A stretch of DNA of 57,879 nt, taken from positions 1 through 57,879 of the forward strand of contig PMUN01000341.1 of assembly GCA_003166875.1 (NCBI GenBank), written 5' to 3'. This DNA comes from Bryobacterales bacterium. Its GTDB lineage: Bacteria > Acidobacteriota > Terriglobia > Bryobacterales > Bryobacteraceae. Numbering within the stretch: position 1 is the stretch's first letter; each line of letters begins with the position of its first letter. Positions 16,784-25,195 of this stretch are shown in pieces. A program made the translations under genes and the position numbers. A model generated the notes under the pieces. The model made no database searches and was not told where the DNA came from. It worked only from the letters and a program-made list of their open reading frames with translations.

Positions 16784-19243
16784 CTACTCGCTGCGCAACG
16801 CTGTCGCCGGGTGCACGCGCGTGGCGCGCCAGGCTGGAATCGCGCAAGCTGCTATCGCCACTGAGAGCAGCAATACTGGTACCGCAATAAATGTCGCTGG
16901 ATCGCGTGTGCTGACGCCAAACAACAGCGTTCGCAAAAACTGCGTGGCCCAGGCAGCGCCGATGATGCCCAGAATCACACCCGCCAGCGCAGGCCGCATT
17001 CCTTCCAGCAATACCAGGCGGCGAACCTGGGAATGCGCGGCTCCCAGCGCCATCCGAATGCCGATCTCGGCCGTGCGTTGCGCGACCGCGTAAGAGAGAA
17101 CTCCATAGAGCCCGACTGCGGCCAGGGCCAGCGCCAACGCCGCGAACATCCCCAGCAAGAACGCCGTGAACTCGCGGCGCGCGGCCGATTCGTCCAGAAC
17201 GCTCGCCATCGTACGGATCTCGAAGGCTGGAATGTCCGGGTCGAGGCCGCTGATCGCTTGACGCACCGCGCCTGCAATCGCCACCGGGTCACCTGAGGTG
17301 TGAATCAGGGCGTGGAAGTCTGTCTCAGAGCCTTCGTACAAAGACGTGTACAGGGCCGGTTGGGGATCCTCATCAAGGCGGATCCGAACGTCGCCTACAA
17401 TGCCGACCACCCGATAGTGCGGTCCCTTTTCGTCGCCGAAACGAATTCGCTGGCCGAGCGCGTCCTGGTTGGGCCAGAATTTTCGAGCCATGGATTGACT
17501 GATTACCACCGCGCTGTCTCGTGGATGTTCATCGTCAAAACCAATATTGTCCTGCTGGTTGAGCGTTCGACCCGCCAGGAGAGGGATGCCCGCGGCGGCG
17601 AAGTAGCCGGGACTAACCGCGCGGTACAGCGCATACACAAACTCGCCGGGCGGTTGTGGCGTGCCATCGATATTGAAGATGCGGTCACCGCAGTAGCCAC
17701 CTACCGGCAGGCACGAAACCAATCCCGCGGAACGAACGCCCGGCAAGCTCTGCAGACGATCCACCACTTGGCGCGCGAATGCGGACACCTGTTCGCGTTT
17801 TGCATAGCGAGCCTCGGGCAGAGACAAACCAGCGGTCAGAACCCGGTCGATATTGACGCCTGGATTCACGTTCCGCAATTCGCCGAAGCTTCGCAGCAAT
17901 AGCGCGGCGGCCACCAATAAAACCACTGAGAGCGCAACCTCAACCATTACCAGCGTGCCCCGGAAGCGGCGTTGCGAGCGGTTGGCCGTGGAGGATCTTC
18001 CGCTTTCCTTCAAGCCCGCCGTCAAGTCGGTTCGTGCAGCTTGCCACGCTGGGACCAAGCCGGTGGCCAGACCCGTTAACAGGGCTACGCCGGCCGTAAA
18101 CAGAAACACCCAGATATCCAGGCCGATCTCGGCGGTAGTGTCGATGTCGCTGCGCTGGAGAAGCACCGGCGCGCGCGCAGCCAGAAAAGTGGTGAATCCG
18201 TAAGCCAATACGAGACCCACCGCGGCTCCGAGCAGCGAAAGAAGCACGCTTTCGGTGAGCAATTGACCTTGCAACCGTGCCCGTCCTGCGCCCAGAGCTG
18301 CACGGATGGACATCTCGCGCCGGCGTTCCGATCCTCGCGCCAGAAGCAGGTTGGCGATGTTCACGCAGGCAATCAGCAACAAGCAGCCGACGGCGCCAAA
18401 CAGCACCAGCAACGCGGTCTTGCTATCCCGGCTTCCCTCTTCCGACAATGGCCGCATGGCAGCGCCGCGTCCTATTAACGCGCCGGGATGCGCCCGGTAC
18501 ACCTGGTTAGCGATGGCATCTAATTCGGCCAGCGCCTGCTGGCGGCTGATGCCGTCACGAACGCGGGCGATTACATAAAACTGGTGGCTGCCGCGGCCTG
18601 AGATTTCACCGGCACTTAAAACATGTTGCACGGGCGCCCAAACATCCACTTTGCGCTCGGGATAGCTGAATCCGCGCGGCATCACGCCGATGATGTCGTA
18701 GTTCTCGCTATCCAACCGGATTTGGCGATTCAGGACATCGCGCGAACCTCCGAACCTGCGCTGCCACAAGCCGTAGCTGATGACGGCCACGGCCCGCGCT
18801 CCGTGTTTGTCCTCCTCGCGAGTGAATGGCCGGCCGAGCAGTGGTTGCACGCCGAGGCTCGGGAACAAACTCCACGAGCAAATGGCCCCTTCGATTCGTT
18901 CCGGCATAAAGCCGCGTTCCGCGCCGCCCAGGTTGAATTGATTCTCGCGTTCGGCGGCCATAGCCGCGAAGCTGTGGCTTTGCGCCTGCCAGTCGAGAAA
19001 ATTGGCCAGTGCCGCCGGACCCGGCCCGCTGCTCTCCTTCACTACGGCCCGTTCAAACAGCAGGACCAGTTGGTCCGGCTTCGGGTACGGAAGATCCTTG
19101 AGCAAAGCGGCATTGATGACGCTGAAGATGCTGGAATTCGCTCCAATGCCGAGCGCCAGCGTCAGGAGGGCCACCAGCGTAAAGCCTGGCGATTTTGAGA
19201 GCGTGCGCCAGGAATAACGGATGTCCTGAATGAGTCGTTCCAT
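16784..19243 (-). CDS. ADOP-family permease (MacB-like/FtsX, duplicated)
   Basis: 819-aa ORF. MERLIQDIRYSWRTLSKSPGFT N-terminus and two FtsX modules. Convergent with the previous permease, with only 4 bp between the stops. Confidence 0.9.
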   Translation of the reverse strand: MERLIQDIRYSWRTLSKSPGFTLVALLTLALGIGANSSIFSVINAALLKDLPYPKPDQLVLLFERAVVKESSGPGPAALANFLDWQAQSHSFAAMAAERENQFNLGGAERGFMPERIEGAICSWSLFPSLGVQPLLGRPFTREEDKHGARAVAVISYGLWQRRFGGSRDVLNRQIRLDSENYDIIGVMPRGFSYPERKVDVWAPVQHVLSAGEISGRGSHQFYVIARVRDGISRQQALAELDAIANQVYRAHPGALIGRGAAMRPLSEEGSRDSKTALLVLFGAVGCLLLIACVNIANLLLARGSERRREMSIRAALGAGRARLQGQLLTESVLLSLLGAAVGLVLAYGFTTFLAARAPVLLQRSDIDTTAEIGLDIWVFLFTAGVALLTGLATGLVPAWQAARTDLTAGLKESGRSSTANRSQRRFRGTLVMVEVALSVVLLVAAALLLRSFGELRNVNPGVNIDRVLTAGLSLPEARYAKREQVSAFARQVVDRLQSLPGVRSAGLVSCLPVGGYCGDRIFNIDGTPQPPGEFVYALYRAVSPGYFAAAGIPLLAGRTLNQQDNIGFDDEHPRDSAVVISQSMARKFWPNQDALGQRIRFGDEKGPHYRVVGIVGDVRIRLDEDPQPALYTSLYEGSETDFHALIHTSGDPVAIAGAVRQAISGLDPDIPAFEIRTMASVLDESAARREFTAFLLGMFAALALALAAVGLYGVLSYAVAQRTAEIGIRMALGAAHSQVRRLVLLEGMRPALAGVILGIIGAAWATQFLRTLLFGVSTRDPATFIAVPVLLLSVAIAACAIPAWRATRVHPATALRSE

Positions 19244-19278
19244 TGTAGCTACCGCAAGCCTAGCTCCTAGACGCGAGA

Positions 19279-19316
19279 CTTGTGAAAAGGTTAGCCTTGT
19301 GAGAACGTTAGCCTTG
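19279..19316. promoter_or_regulatory. About 2.2 tandem copies of a 17-mer CTTGTGARAASGTTAGC in the divergent ADOP/Rieske promoter region
   Basis: cttgtgaaaaggttagc (19279-19295), cttgtgagaacgttagc (19296-19312), cttg... (19313-). Confidence 0.45.
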
Positions 19317-19353
19317 ACCGTAACACCGGTTGAGGATACAGTAAAGACAAAAA

Positions 19354-19869
19354 ATGGACGACCAACATCAATCGCATGAAGTGGCCGACGATCTATCCCC
19401 GACGCGGCGATCCTTTTATATCAAGTTTATCTACGGCATCATGACTGCGATCGGCGCGGCGCTGGCCGCTCCGGCTGCCATCTACCTGCTCTTTCCACCC
19501 AAAATCCCAAAAGAGGGCCAGTGGGTGGACGCGGCCGATCTTGCGAGTCTTCCCACCGGCACGCCGGAGGAAATCTCCTACCAGCGCACTCGCGTGGACG
19601 GCTGGAAAGTCACCAGCGAAAAAGCGACAGCCTGGGTTCTGAAGAAGCCGGACAACCAGGTGATAGCGTTCGCGCCGCAGTGCACGCATCTGGGCTGCGC
19701 TTATCATTGGGACGATCCCAGCCACACGTTCATCTGCCCCTGCCATACGTCGGCGTTTTCCATCGACGGAAAAGTTCTGGCCGGCCCCGCGCCGCGGCCG
19801 CTGGATCGCTATGAAGTGAAAGTGGAGGGGAGCAGGCTGCAGCTTGGGCCGTTGGAGCCGCATGCATAA
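19354..19869 (+). CDS. Rieske [2Fe-2S] subunit of a cytochrome bc/b6f-type complex
   Basis: 171 aa. Tat-like PTRRSFYIKF followed by a TM. Cluster ligands CTHLGC and CPCHTSAF. Confidence 0.9.
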   Translation: MDDQHQSHEVADDLSPTRRSFYIKFIYGIMTAIGAALAAPAAIYLLFPPKIPKEGQWVDAADLASLPTGTPEEISYQRTRVDGWKVTSEKATAWVLKKPDNQVIAFAPQCTHLGCAYHWDDPSHTFICPCHTSAFSIDGKVLAGPAPRPLDRYEVKVEGSRLQLGPLEPHA

Positions 19870-21502
19870 CAAGATCATCGAGTGGCTGGAGCATCGCACC
19901 GGCATTCAGACCGCTATCAAGAATTTCCTCTACGAGGATATTCCGGCGTCGAGCGGCTGGCATCAGGTGATCGGCAGCATGGCCGTGTTCTTTTTCATCA
20001 TCCAGGTATTCACCGGCGGACTTCTGGCATTCAATTACGCACCTACGCCCGGCGAAGCTTACAACAGCGTGAAGTACATCATGACGGAGCTAACCGGCGG
20101 CAGCTTGATTCGCGGGCTGCATCATTGGGGCGCCAGCATGATGCTGATTATCGTGGTGCTGCACATGTTGCAGGTATTCCTGTATGGCTCTTACAAGAAG
20201 CCGCGCGAGGCTACCTGGATGATGGGCGTCGTTCTGTTGCTGATCACGCTGGCATTTGGGTTGACCGGCTATTTGCTGCCGTGGGACAACCGCGCCTATT
20301 GGGGAACTGTGGTGACCACGCAAATCGCTGCACAAGCCCCGCTAGCCGGTCCTTACCTGACGCGATTACTAGGCGGCGAGGGCAGCGTCGGAAATGTTAC
20401 GTTCTCGCGTTTCTATGCGCTGCACACGGTGCTGCTGCCTCCGTTCACCATGATCCTCATCGGGATTCACATTTATCTGGTTCGCAAACATGGAGTGACA
20501 CCGGCGGTGAACGACACAGCGCCACGCCGCAAGTTTTTCCCCGAGCAGGTCTTCAAGGATACTGTTGGCGTCTCGATCGCATTTCTGATTTTGTTCATGA
20601 TGGCGGTGTTCGCGCGGGTCCCGCTGGGAAGGTTGGCGGATCCCACGGATACGAATTTCATCCCGCGTCCGGAATGGTATTTCCTGTTCCTGTTTCAGAC
20701 GCTGAAATTCTTCAAAGGACCGCTGGAGGCCATCGGCAGCGTGGTTTTGCCCGGAGTCGCGGTGCTGACATTGTTCCTGATCCCGTTCATTGACCGGGCG
20801 CCCCTGGTTCGGTTGGGCAAGCGCACGTTCGCGTTTACTTTTGCGGCGCTGGCCTTGATTGCCTGGACCGGACTCACCACGGCCGCTATCGTAACGACGC
20901 CCAAAACTACCGAAGCCGATGAGACCGCCCCGGGCGCGGAAAGTCTGCAAGCGTGGCAGCAATTAACGCCCGAGGAATTGCAGGGCTTGGCTTACTTCCA
21001 GAAGGAGAAATGCAAGGCGTGCCATCCGGGCGCGGGCAAACGCGGGATCGGACCGGACTTGACGCAGATGATTCCGGCGCATCGCGACGCCGCATGGATG
21101 ATTCCGCATTTCAAGAACCCGGCTCAGGTTGTACCGGGCAGCTCCATGCCGCCGGTGCAGCTGGACGATGCGGGACTGAACGCTTTATCAGCATTCGTGC
21201 TGAAGCTGACGCCCCAGAACGAACAAGGGCTACTCTCGGCGCCCGATTTCGCCGTTCAAGGCGCACTGATCTATCAATCCAAGCATTGCGACGCTTGCCA
21301 TCAGATAGCGGGCGCCGGAAAAAAGATTGGCCCGCCACTCGACGGTGTCGGCCAGCATCGCGATCGCGCGTGGCTGGAGAAACATTTCGTGGATCCAAAA
21401 AGCACGTCGCCGGGAAGCATGATGCCGCCGTACAAATTCACGCCGCAGGAGATGGACGCGATTTGTAGGTACTTGTTGCAGTTGCCGAAGGCGGGCGGAT
21501 GA
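19862..21502 (+). CDS. Cytochrome b (b6 plus subunit IV-like) fused to a C-terminal di-haem cytochrome c
   Basis: ORF 19844.. The ATG at 19862 overlaps the Rieske stop (ATGCATAA). bis-His haem blocks HHWGASMM...VVLH and ALHTVLLP...GIHIYL. Qo motif PEWYFLF. Two CxxCH motifs (CKACH, CDACH). Confidence 0.9.
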   Translation: MHNKIIEWLEHRTGIQTAIKNFLYEDIPASSGWHQVIGSMAVFFFIIQVFTGGLLAFNYAPTPGEAYNSVKYIMTELTGGSLIRGLHHWGASMMLIIVVLHMLQVFLYGSYKKPREATWMMGVVLLLITLAFGLTGYLLPWDNRAYWGTVVTTQIAAQAPLAGPYLTRLLGGEGSVGNVTFSRFYALHTVLLPPFTMILIGIHIYLVRKHGVTPAVNDTAPRRKFFPEQVFKDTVGVSIAFLILFMMAVFARVPLGRLADPTDTNFIPRPEWYFLFLFQTLKFFKGPLEAIGSVVLPGVAVLTLFLIPFIDRAPLVRLGKRTFAFTFAALALIAWTGLTTAAIVTTPKTTEADETAPGAESLQAWQQLTPEELQGLAYFQKEKCKACHPGAGKRGIGPDLTQMIPAHRDAAWMIPHFKNPAQVVPGSSMPPVQLDDAGLNALSAFVLKLTPQNEQGLLSAPDFAVQGALIYQSKHCDACHQIAGAGKKIGPPLDGVGQHRDRAWLEKHFVDPKSTSPGSMMPPYKFTPQEMDAICRYLLQLPKAGG

Positions 21503-21511
21503 TTTTTGGCC

Positions 21512-21567
21512 GCGAATGAACGCGGATGAACGCAAATGTTTTATTCGCGTTAAGTAGCGTTCATTCA
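21512..21567. repeat. REP-like palindromic element / terminator after the cytochrome b gene
   Basis: gaatgaacgc and ggatgaacgc form a tandem (21514-21533). gcgttcattc (21558-21567) is the reverse complement. gcgaat and attcgc form an inner pair. Confidence 0.5.
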
Positions 21568-21652
21568 CGGCCGATGTCCATGCGCGTAGTCCAGGACAAA
21601 TAGCCCGAGTGATCTCATTGCGCCAATCGGCAAGTTGCCTTAATGTTGAGGT

Positions 21653-21886
21653 ATGACTGCGGAACACAAGCGCCGGCTTGATGAGGTGGTCTGGGTTAAT
21701 CCCCAGCGAATGAGCGGTGCGCCGTGCTTCCGTGGTACTCGCCTGCCCGTTCAGAGTCTGGTCGACTTTCTCGAGGGTGGTGAAACGATCGACCAATTCG
21801 TTCAACTGTATCCCTCCATCACACGACAGCAGGTACTAACAGTGCTCGACTTTGCAAATGACCACATCCTGAACGTCTTCGATTAG
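21653..21886 (+). CDS. DUF433-domain protein (antitoxin-like), apparently without a partner
   Basis: 77 aa. NPQRMSGAPCFRGTRLPVQSLVDFLEGGETIDQFVQLYPSITRQQV matches the DUF433 pattern as I recall it. Confidence 0.75.
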   Translation: MTAEHKRRLDEVVWVNPQRMSGAPCFRGTRLPVQSLVDFLEGGETIDQFVQLYPSITRQQVLTVLDFANDHILNVFD

Positions 21887-21952
21887 GGCACTGGAATCGG
21901 AAAGACCTGTATTCCCGCGCTTAGCGTCACGAAGCTTTACCAGTTGACGGCG

Positions 21953-21976
21953 CTCCCTTCCGGTCGCGGCTCGGCT
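21953..21976. repeat. Solitary half-copy of the 46956-47037 REP-like element
   Basis: ctcccttccggtcgcggctcggct versus ctcccttacggtcgcggctcagct at 46982-47005. Confidence 0.5.
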
Positions 21977-22061
21977 ACACTCTCGAACATCCCGCATAAG
22001 CCGATAGTTGGGCGCGGCCAGTGAACCGAGGAACCGAACAACCGAATAACTGAAGAACCGC

Positions 22062-23315
22062 TTATTCGATCGGCGTTTCCGGATCGATGAACGGCCAGAT
22101 CAGCGTGCCTGAAAGATACACTGCGGCTAAAACGTAGAGGAAAACGTTCCAGTCCCGGCCAGTGGCAGCCAGGATATAGCCGCCGACTACCGGCGACACG
22201 TAACCGGCCAGGTTTCCCATCATGTTCATCGAGCCTGAAACTGTTCCCGCGTATTTGCCGCCGATGTCCATGCAGGCGGCCCAGGACGGCGGCATCGCAA
22301 GATCGTTGCAGAAGCTGGCCATGCCCATGGAGAGCATGGTCCATTTCGGATCGTGGAATTGGATTGAAAGCGCCAGAAAAATCGCGGCGCCCAGGAATCC
22401 GGAAGTAGCCAGGATACGGCGGCTTTGGGCCAAGCCGGCTCGCCGCGCAAATCGCGCCGAGATGGAACCACAGAATAGCGCCCCCAATCCGCCGAAGAAC
22501 AACGGCAGAATGGCGTACCGCGCGGCTTCCGACGGCGCCAGCTTCCAGTGCTGCTGCAGATACGTGGGTAACCAAGTGATGTTGAAATACCAAGGGAACG
22601 ACGAGCAGAAATACTGCAGCCACAGCAGCCAGATCGAGCGCGAGTGCAGCAGCTTCGCCCAGGGAACTTTGGCGTGGCCGGCGGCCAGACGCTCCGAGCC
22701 TTGGAGCAACGCCAGCTCAGCGGCATTCACGGAGGGGTGATCGCGCGGATTGTCCCGATACCAGCGGTAGAAAAAGCTCGCCCACACTACGCCCAGTCCC
22801 CCGAATAGCACGAAAGCCCAGTGCCAGTTCACGAAACGCAAGACCCATACCACCAGCACCGGCGTAAAGGCGCCGCCCCAGCGCGCGAAGGTCCACATGA
22901 TGCCCTGCGCCCGCACATGTTCCACCTTGGGTAGCCAGGTGGTGAATGCTTTGGTGAGGTTCGGAAAGCCGCCCGCTTCGCCCGCGCCAAAGAAGAATCG
23001 AGCCAGCCACATGGAGGTGAAATTCCACATGCCGCCCGTGATCGCGGTAAACGCCGACCACCACAGCACGATGCGCAACAGCACCTTGCGGGGGCCGATC
23101 CAATCTCCGAGCCAACCGCTGGGAACCTCGAACAGCGCGTAGGAGAGCGCAAAGGCGCCGAAAATCTTGCCCATCTGGACGTCGGTGAATTTCAGATCGC
23201 GCGTGATTTCGGGCGCGGCCTGTGAGATGGCCACCCGGTTGATGTAAGAAAGGATCGCCAACGTGACGGCGTAGAAGATTACCCAATAGCGGGCACGCGT
23301 GGGGCGTTGGGTCAT
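22062..23315 (-). CDS. MFS transporter (anion:cation symporter-like)
   Basis: 417 aa with a 12-TM profile. N-terminal block RYWVIFYAVTLAILSYINRVAIS...GKIFGAFALSYALFEVPSGWLGDWIGPRK. Confidence 0.9.
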   Translation of the reverse strand: MTQRPTRARYWVIFYAVTLAILSYINRVAISQAAPEITRDLKFTDVQMGKIFGAFALSYALFEVPSGWLGDWIGPRKVLLRIVLWWSAFTAITGGMWNFTSMWLARFFFGAGEAGGFPNLTKAFTTWLPKVEHVRAQGIMWTFARWGGAFTPVLVVWVLRFVNWHWAFVLFGGLGVVWASFFYRWYRDNPRDHPSVNAAELALLQGSERLAAGHAKVPWAKLLHSRSIWLLWLQYFCSSFPWYFNITWLPTYLQQHWKLAPSEAARYAILPLFFGGLGALFCGSISARFARRAGLAQSRRILATSGFLGAAIFLALSIQFHDPKWTMLSMGMASFCNDLAMPPSWAACMDIGGKYAGTVSGSMNMMGNLAGYVSPVVGGYILAATGRDWNVFLYVLAAVYLSGTLIWPFIDPETPIE

Positions 23316-23644
23316 GAGTCCAGTCCGGCGGCCAATTCACGTTCCATCCATGCCAGGTAAGGTTCGGAGCCTTCCACCACCGGTATCGCGATTGCCTCCG
23401 GGAGTTCGTAGGAATGCATTCGTTCCAGCTCGATGCGCAACTGATTGAACAGCGCGCGGCTGGATTTGATCAGCAGCAGGACCTCGGATTCATCTTCTAT
23501 CGCGCCCTTCCATCGGTAGATGCTGCGGACGCCGGGGAGCACGTTCACGCACGCCGCCAATCGCTTTTCCACCAATCCGCGAGCGATCCGCGCCGCCTCG
23601 TCGGGTGAGGCGCAGGTGCTCAGGACAACAATCTTGTCGGTCAT
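23312..23644 (-). CDS. cutA: Divalent-cation tolerance protein CutA
   Basis: 110 aa. VVLSTCASPDEAARIARGLVEKRLAACVNVLPGVRSIYRWKGAIE...HSYELPE. 4-nt overlap with the MFS gene. Confidence 0.9.
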   Translation of the reverse strand: MTDKIVVLSTCASPDEAARIARGLVEKRLAACVNVLPGVRSIYRWKGAIEDESEVLLLIKSSRALFNQLRIELERMHSYELPEAIAIPVVEGSEPYLAWMERELAAGLDS

Positions 23645-23723
23645 TTGAATTTTTTCGGCTTTCCTACTGGATCTTTTCGCAAAAGAGGATTATAAACAAA
23701 TGTAAGGACTCACATCGCTCGAA

Positions 23724-24071
23724 ATGAAAAACGCTGTTCGGCGCACGGTCTTCTTGCTGGTGGTCGGCCTGATAGGGGTGTACGGCTACCTGGTGTTGCG
23801 AGGACCGCAAGGCATTCCGGCGTTGCGCGAGAAATGGCGCGAGATTCGTACGCTCGAAGAAGACAACACCAATCTGCAACGCGAGAATCAATATCGGCGC
23901 GACCGCATCAAGAAGCTGGAGGAGAATCCGTCCGCGCAGGAGCTGGAAATTCGCAAGAAGCTGAAGCTGGTGCGACCGGGCGAGACGTCGTTCATTCTTC
24001 CGGACCAGCCGAAGGCGGATCAAACGAAGCCCGATCAACCCAAGCCGGAAGCACTGCCCGAGCCAAAGTAA
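23724..24071 (+). CDS. ftsB: Septum formation initiator (FtsB/DivIC family)
   Basis: 115 aa. N-terminal TM, coiled coil LEEDNTNLQRENQYRRDRIKKLE, then ELEIRKKLKLVRPGE and a PDQPK-repeat tail. Confidence 0.75.
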   Translation: MKNAVRRTVFLLVVGLIGVYGYLVLRGPQGIPALREKWREIRTLEEDNTNLQRENQYRRDRIKKLEENPSAQELEIRKKLKLVRPGETSFILPDQPKADQTKPDQPKPEALPEPK

Positions 24072-24075
24072 TTCC

Positions 24076-24870
24076 TCACCCATTGGCCGCCGCGTGATGA
24101 TTCACCGGTCCTGAGCCACGGCCCAATCCTGGATTCGTTCGAATCGCCTCGGTGATATACCGCTTGGCATTCCGGACGGCCGTTGGAAGATCGTCGCCGG
24201 CCGCGAGCGACGCTGTTATCGCCGCTGAATAAGTGCAGCCCGTGCCGTGTGTATGGCGGGTTTCGACGCGTGGCGCCGTGAACTCGGTCCATTCGCCCTT
24301 GTAAAGAAGCACGTCGATGGCGTCGCCGGCTAGATGTCCTCCCTTCACCAATACGGCTTGAGGACCCAGTTCCAGGATTTTCCGTGCGGCTGCACGCATG
24401 GAAGCGACATCGTGCACGTCCATGCCGGCCAGCATAGACGCCTCTTCGAGGTTGGGGGTAACCAGAAACGCGCAGGGCATCAATCGCGTCTTCAGAATTT
24501 CGAGTGCGTCGGGGGCGAGCAGCGCCGCGCCGTGTTTGCTCACCAGCACGGGATCCACAACAAGCGGAAACTGGAAGTCCGCGGCTAACTCGGCGACGGC
24601 CTGCGTGATTTCCCGATTGCCGAGGGCGCCGGTTTTGGCAGCGCCGGGCGGGATATCCGTGATGACGGCGCGAATCTGTTCGATCACGAGATCTGGCGGC
24701 AGGCATTCGATCCGAGTGACGCCCACAGTGTTCTGTACGGTGAGGAGCGTGATCGCCGCCTCACCGTACACGCCGAACTGATGGAAGGTTTTAAGATCCG
24801 CCTGGATGCCCGCGCCGCCGCTGGGATCGGACCCGGCGATGGTAAGGGCAACCGGAACAGCTACGCCCAC
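24076..24870 (-). CDS. thiD: Hydroxymethylpyrimidine/phosphomethylpyrimidine kinase
   Basis: 264 aa. [21 protein letters not shown]...VKGGHL...[15 protein letters not shown]. Confidence 0.9.
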   Translation of the reverse strand: MGVAVPVALTIAGSDPSGGAGIQADLKTFHQFGVYGEAAITLLTVQNTVGVTRIECLPPDLVIEQIRAVITDIPPGAAKTGALGNREITQAVAELAADFQFPLVVDPVLVSKHGAALLAPDALEILKTRLMPCAFLVTPNLEEASMLAGMDVHDVASMRAAARKILELGPQAVLVKGGHLAGDAIDVLLYKGEWTEFTAPRVETRHTHGTGCTYSAAITASLAAGDDLPTAVRNAKRYITEAIRTNPGLGRGSGPVNHHAAANG

Positions 24871-25166
24871 TTCTTTCCCAACGCGTCCAGATTGGCGCGC
24901 CCGAGGTCTTCGGGCGTCATCGCAACCCGAAACTCAACATGGGCGTTGAACGTTAGGAACCACGGTTCGGCCAGCACCGGGATATCGGAAGCTTGGTTGA
25001 CGTTGACGACTAGCGTGCCGCCACGATGGCCGTTGTGTTCGCAGAAATAAGCGGCTTCGGGTTTGATGGCCTCGAGAATCTTTTGGATCTTCTGTCCGGC
25101 CGATCCGTCTCGAACGGCAGCGTTGAATGGTTCGAGCGGAAATTGAAGGTGCATGAGCATGCGCAT
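24861..25166 (-). CDS. Hypothetical small protein
   Basis: 101-aa ORF overlapping the thiD start by 10 nt. Protein-like composition but no family recognised. Confidence 0.45.
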   Translation of the reverse strand: MRMLMHLQFPLEPFNAAVRDGSAGQKIQKILEAIKPEAAYFCEHNGHRGGTLVVNVNQASDIPVLAEPWFLTFNAHVEFRVAMTPEDLGRANLDALGKKWA

Positions 25167-25195
25167 CCTATGACGCTAGCACGATCGTCGATCAG

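Noticed and set aside
19882-20793. 303-aa alternative-frame ORF inside cytochrome b
   Set aside because: The cytochrome b frame shows the haem-ligand and PEWY motifs. The alternative frame is R/G-rich with no motifs.
21230-21805. 191-aa minus-strand ORF
   Set aside because: It spans the end of cytochrome b, the REP-like spacer and the DUF433 gene in antisense. It has no family resemblance.
24125-24150. ggattcgttcgaatcgcc, resembling a tRNA T-arm
   Set aside because: It lies inside the thiD coding frame, and no acceptor or anticodon arms can be built around it. No tRNA was found anywhere in the window.
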